Source: Sarea resinae (taxonomy: Eukaryota). Taken from it: a stretch of 37,900 nt of DNA. The translations under genes were made by a program, and so were the position numbers. The DNA is taken from assembly GCA_026026165.1 (NCBI GenBank), contig JAPEUD010000119.1, positions 1 to 37,900 of the forward strand, given 5' to 3'. The notes beneath the pieces are model-generated. The model had not been told where the DNA came from. It worked only from the letters and a program-made list of their open reading frames with translations, and did no database searches. Positions 33,524 to 37,900 of this stretch are shown here, in pieces. Each line of letters begins with the position of its first letter. Within the stretch, counting starts at the first letter, position 1.

Positions 33524-34664
33524 GGCGGGCAGTGTGGGCCGTGTAGTGAATTGGGTTGGTGGGTGGGATCAGCAGGTGAGGTTGGAGAGTATGATCCTCG
33601 AGCTGGGTGAGGATGGCCATTTTCGATTGTATGCTTCAGGATAGTCGATCGCGAACAACATGAGAATCCAAATCAGAATCAGAGACGCGTGAATGAAAGT
33701 CTGTCGTGCGACACGACGAGAGAAGGCCTTTCCGTGCTCTTTCTCTCGGACGAATATGCGAGTGCGAATGGCAATACATGACGTGAAGCATCTCGACGCT
33801 TGAAGAGCCCCGGAACAAAACAGTCAATTGCAACATATGGCCCTTTCAGACAGATAGAGATCAAAGTGCTTTATGTTATCAGTATCGTGAAGAATTCGTG
33901 TCAATGTGCATATTCAAGCTCATGAGAGAGAAAGAAAAGGGCGAAAGGTGTCACGGGCATGGGCGGGCATAGGCGTGCACGAGCTCATGATTTGCACATG
34001 CAGGCGGTCTGGTCTGCTGTCGGCGGGTCAGCTGCACTGTTTCTCGCGCATTAGGCCAACGGACGTTTCGTCGGCTTTGAGGACCGTGCGATGATGGTCA
34101 TTGCAGCCGTCTTCAATGGATCAAGATGCTATGGATGAGGATGAGGATGAGGGTGAGAGTGAGAGTGAAGATGAAGCAATTGAATCGAAGCTGAAGGGAG
34201 CATCGTCAATGGTTGACTGCCAGTGAATCCCTTAGACAGCCCTTGAACAGGAGAGAAAAGGGCAAAGGCGTTATCGCGTGCAGCTGTGACGCTTCTCGCT
34301 GGTGTAGCGAGCGATCATCACTCACTACGGCTGTCGGTCTCTGTTTGTAGGCAATCGCCGACGTCAATCTGCTACCAAAGCGGTGCCAGTGCCTACATTG
34401 CAATACATTGCATACCGGAAAGTCGACGACTGACGGTAACCACGGCCATCGTACTTCGTACACCAGAAGGCTGGTGGCTCCATTGCGGCCCTACACCACC
34501 CATCACCAGCCATAGCGACCACCTCTTTACCCCGCCGACCACCTCATCTTCCCCGTCTTGTCTTCTTCTTCCTCTTCTCACCTCCGAGTCTTCTACTGCC
34601 TCCACCTTCATACCTGTGTCGTGGTCCTTTTCTCGAGTCGAAGAGAAGGTCAAGAAACATTGCA

Positions 34665-37084
34665 ATGGCAGACCACGGCCGAGATGTGTACTGCACTGTA
34701 AGTGCTTCGTCGGCAGCCATGGACCACCAACCATGCAATTGATGAGCTGACATGGAACGGATTTTCAGCTGGTCTTGAGCGATTCCTATCTTCCAGGTGA
34801 TTATAGATGCTCACCATGTAACGGTGGAGATTCTAACCGTCCCAGGTGCAACCGTGCTGGCCCACTCGTTGCGAGACAATGGCACCACCAAGAAACTGGC
34901 TGTTCTCGTCACACCCGACTCTCTACAGCCTTCGACGCTTGATCAGCTCAAGGTGTGCTCTTGCCATGGTCATCAATCGGGTCAACTGCAGTGCTGATCA
35001 TCATGCTCGGTAGAAATTGTACGATCAGGTCATCCCCGTCGAACGAATCACCAACAAAACTCCCACGAATCTCTACCTCATGGGCCGACCCGATCTGAAT
35101 GCGACGTTTACAAAAGTAGCCCTCTGGCGGCAAGACCAATTCCGTCGGATTGTCTACCTAGATGCCGACGTCGTCGCCCTGCGCGCACCAGACGAGCTTT
35201 TCGACCTCGACGTCCCTTTCGCAGCAGCTCCGGACGTCGGTTGGCCCGATTGCTTCAATAGTGGTGTTCTAGTTCTACAGCCGAACCTGGGTGACTATTA
35301 TGCTCTCCTGGCATTGGCCCAGAGGGGGATCTCTTTCGATGGGGCCGATCAGGGACTCTTGAATATGCACTTTCGCAATTACCACAGGCTCAGCTTTAAC
35401 TACAACTGCACCCCAAGTGGGCATTATCAATATGTACCGGCGTACAGACACTTCCAGAGCAGCATCAGCATGGTACACTACATTGGTTCGGAGAAGCCGT
35501 GGCTAATGGGAAGGGAGATCAAGAGTAATACTGGTGTTTACGAAGAGCTTCTGGGCAGGTGGTGGGCTGTGTATGATCGGCATTATAGGGCAACTGTGAG
35601 TGTCGAGCTATCCTTGGGGCTATGGGTTCGTACTGATTCGTGAAAAGCAGACAGGACAGACGCAAGAGGCATCGAGGGCTGTGCAGCAGCATGTCAAGGG
35701 CGAACTTGAGAATCCTGTTCACGGTTTGTCCTCTGCTCCGAGCTACGATGATCCAAAGTCCGAGCCGTCAGATACGAAAGAAAAGCCTCCGAGTAAAAAA
35801 GTATCAGAAGAGAAGCTAAACCCGGTGATTCCAGCTGCCGCGGCTCCGGCTCCTGCTCCTGCTCCTAAAGCTCCATTCTCTGCTCCAATGTCGTCCTGGG
35901 ATCCTGCACGGTAAGGTCGGGTTTGATTGCGAGAGGTATCTTGCTAACGTTCAAAGTGCCCCACCGCCAGCTGAATCAGAGCCGGAAGCGGCCAATTTCC
36001 CCTCCCAGACTTACAACATGTCCTCGGACCAAGAACTCTTCCGTCCCCCCAGCTCATATCCTCAACCGCCAAAGGACATGTGGTATGAGGTACCCCAACA
36101 GCACGAGGCTCCAAAGCCGATCTTCCCCTGGGAGGCTCATGCTCCACCACCAACGCGCGTCTTTGCGGAAGAGCGTGAACCAAGCCCTGAGCCCTTTTCT
36201 GAACCAGAGCCGAGTGCGACTGAAGATGAGAGCAGCGTCGCCGACTACTCCGACCCGACCACTCCAACCGCGCAACTATCCTCCCCTGAACCTTGGGAGG
36301 CGTATACGAGGACGAATGCCTGGGACGACATGCCCGGCATCGAACGCTACGTTTCCGGTCTCCAGCAGAGTCGCAAAGCCAAGCTTCAGACTCTTCAGAA
36401 CCTCTTGGCTGCCAATGAGGCTGTTCTGGGGTCTCCTGGCGAGGGACCTGAGGGGAGTGGGAAGAGGCCGAGCATTCGGCTCACGGATTTCCCGACCGAG
36501 ATCGAGCGGCCTAGTCTGCCAGTCACGCCGGCGCCGATTCGACGACCGAGCTTCTGGGGGGAAGAGCGAGATGAGGAGGGCCAATTGCCTGCGGCGGAGG
36601 GGGTGCCGAGACAGGAGGATTGGGTACGTTGACCACTTCAGTGTAGAGTATGCTTTGAGCTAATGCCCTACCTCATCCGCAGGACCCTGTTGCCAAGCTC
36701 GAAGAACTTTCCCGCCGTCAATCAGACGTGCTGCCCAAAATCCTCAGCCCTCCGCTGCCTACCAGCCCGAGCGGCGGCCCGATCCCGGATCGCAAACTGC
36801 CCAGCTCTTCGGCACCCGTCCCGGCCAGGGTCACGTCGCCGCCAGTGCGATCGCCTCAGGAGAGGGTTGGCGGCGTGACGATCTCGCAGCTAGGAGTTGG
36901 TGTACCGCTCAGTGGGGGGGCCAGTCCGCATGGCATTGCATCGCCGCCTCCTGGTCAAACGACGACGCCGACGCCGACGGCAACGAGGAGTGCGGTGGTT
37001 GAAGGAGGCCCGAACGGGAGGAGTGGGAGGACTGTTGGGGACGAGAGGAGGCCGAGTGGTGCTGTGCAGCTAGGGTTCATCTAG
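34665..37084 (+). CDS. GLG1: Glycogenin (GT8 self-glucosylating glycogen initiator) with long fungal C-terminal extension, ~692 aa, 7 exons
   Basis: Exons 34665-34697, 34769-34796, 34846-34952, 35014-35595, 35651-35910, 35957-36623, 36683-37084. Motifs YCTLVLSDSYLPGA.VLAHSLR, TFTKVALW, YLDAD (DxD), AAAPDVGWPDCFNSG, SFDGADQGLLN, YQYVPAY, HYIGSEKPW, and tail motifs NAWDDMPGIERYV, LTDFPTEIERPSLPVTP and LPAAEGVP.Q.DW. Confidence 0.93.
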
Positions 37085-37682
37085 CATGTTGACTCTGCTA
37101 CCGATGAAGGTTTTGCAAATCAGCTATTTTTTCTTCTTCTTTATTTTCCATCCAAGCAAAGCAAAGCAAAGCAAGGCGCAATGGTCTGCTCCCGTTGTAG
37201 ATGTTCTTGTTTCTCGTCTCTCTTCTATGCATTCCTAGGTCATCTATTCTATCCTATATACCTTGCTGTATTTCCTATCATCCCTTCTATCTCATTGATC
37301 CGTCACTCTAGCGTCTCGTCTCGTCTCGTCTCGTCTTGCGTTTCTGTATCACGAGGTCATAGAGATATACCCATACGCTATATAAACCTATACCCTATAC
37401 CTATATCCTATACATACCTATACCTATATCCGCTATATAAACCTATACTCTATACCTATCTACCTTTGTAGTTGACTTGGCCTTTTCGTTGCTGGTTTTT
37501 AGAGGTCGAGGGGGGGGGGGGGGGTTTCTTAGTAATTCCTGAGATAGATTAGTAGGAGTAGGGTAGGATTGGATCAGATACGGTTCAAAGAAACTAGGCC
37601 TGTGTCTGTGTCTGTAGAGTGTCTGTAGACTATCTGTGTCTGTGTCTGTGTCTGTAAAATCAGAGAACTATAGACCTTGGAT

Positions 37683-37684
<2 letters not shown>

Positions 37685-37762
<78 letters not shown>
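37685..37762. repeat. (CT)n dinucleotide microsatellite, ~39 units
   Basis: Near-perfect tctctctc run. Confidence 0.95.
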
Positions 37763-37763
<1 letters not shown>

Positions 37764-37803
37764 TAGAGGTTTATCTTAGAGGTCTATCTTAGAGGTCTAT
37801 CTT
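37761..37803. repeat. 13-bp tandem repeat (TCTTAGAGGTYTA)x3
   Basis: tcttagaggttta tcttagaggtcta tcttagaggtcta tctt. Confidence 0.9.
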
Positions 37804-37900
37804 CTTATCTATCTCTTTCTTTTATCTGTCTGTCTTGATAAACTCCTAGGATCAAGGTTGGTGTAATAAGACTATAGAGGTAGGGCCGCTTTAGAGAGTT

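Noticed and set aside
32943..33620. Overlapping 225-aa (minus) and 193-aa (plus) ORFs
   Set aside because: Alternative-frame and antisense products of a GC3-rich gene. The 33017-33523 frame has the protein-like composition.
1..37900. CRISPR array, prokaryotic defence system or secondary-metabolite cluster
   Set aside because: Sequence is eukaryotic with spliceosomal introns. There is no repeat-spacer array and no PKS/NRPS/terpene backbone gene, and neighbouring genes are functionally unrelated housekeeping genes.

Overview
Eukaryotic window from a filamentous ascomycete (Pezizomycotina-type: short GT-AG introns with CTRAY branch sites, dense gene packing). I reconstructed 14 protein-coding genes by hand, and exon lengths sum to whole codons in every spliced model. 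They are: a 5'-truncated ALKBH6-like dioxygenase, DFG10-like polyprenol reductase, a Hos4-like ankyrin/charged-helix protein, ribosomal protein eS12, an F-box/LRR protein ending in CaaX, cysteine dioxygenase, the DRG GTPase Rbg1 (11 exons), a CENP-B-type HTH protein with no transposase domain, a PXA+PXC protein, a CAP10/GT90 glycosyltransferase, an epoxide-hydrolase-like alpha/beta hydrolase, an intronless 168-aa hypothetical protein, and glycogenin, plus a tentative 91-aa upstream ORF. It is mostly a housekeeping region with microsatellite-rich intergenic DNA. I found no tRNA, rRNA, CRISPR array or intact transposon. The most unusual items are: a 1.1-kb intron in the PXA gene with an immediate in-frame stop, an internal AATAAA and hairpins (possible domain-dropping isoform switch); uORFs ahead of the CENP-B-like and GT90 genes; a putative papain-like protein lacking its expected Cys; a prenylated F-box protein; and a RIP-like TpA-rich right end. 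All family assignments come from motif recognition, not database searches.
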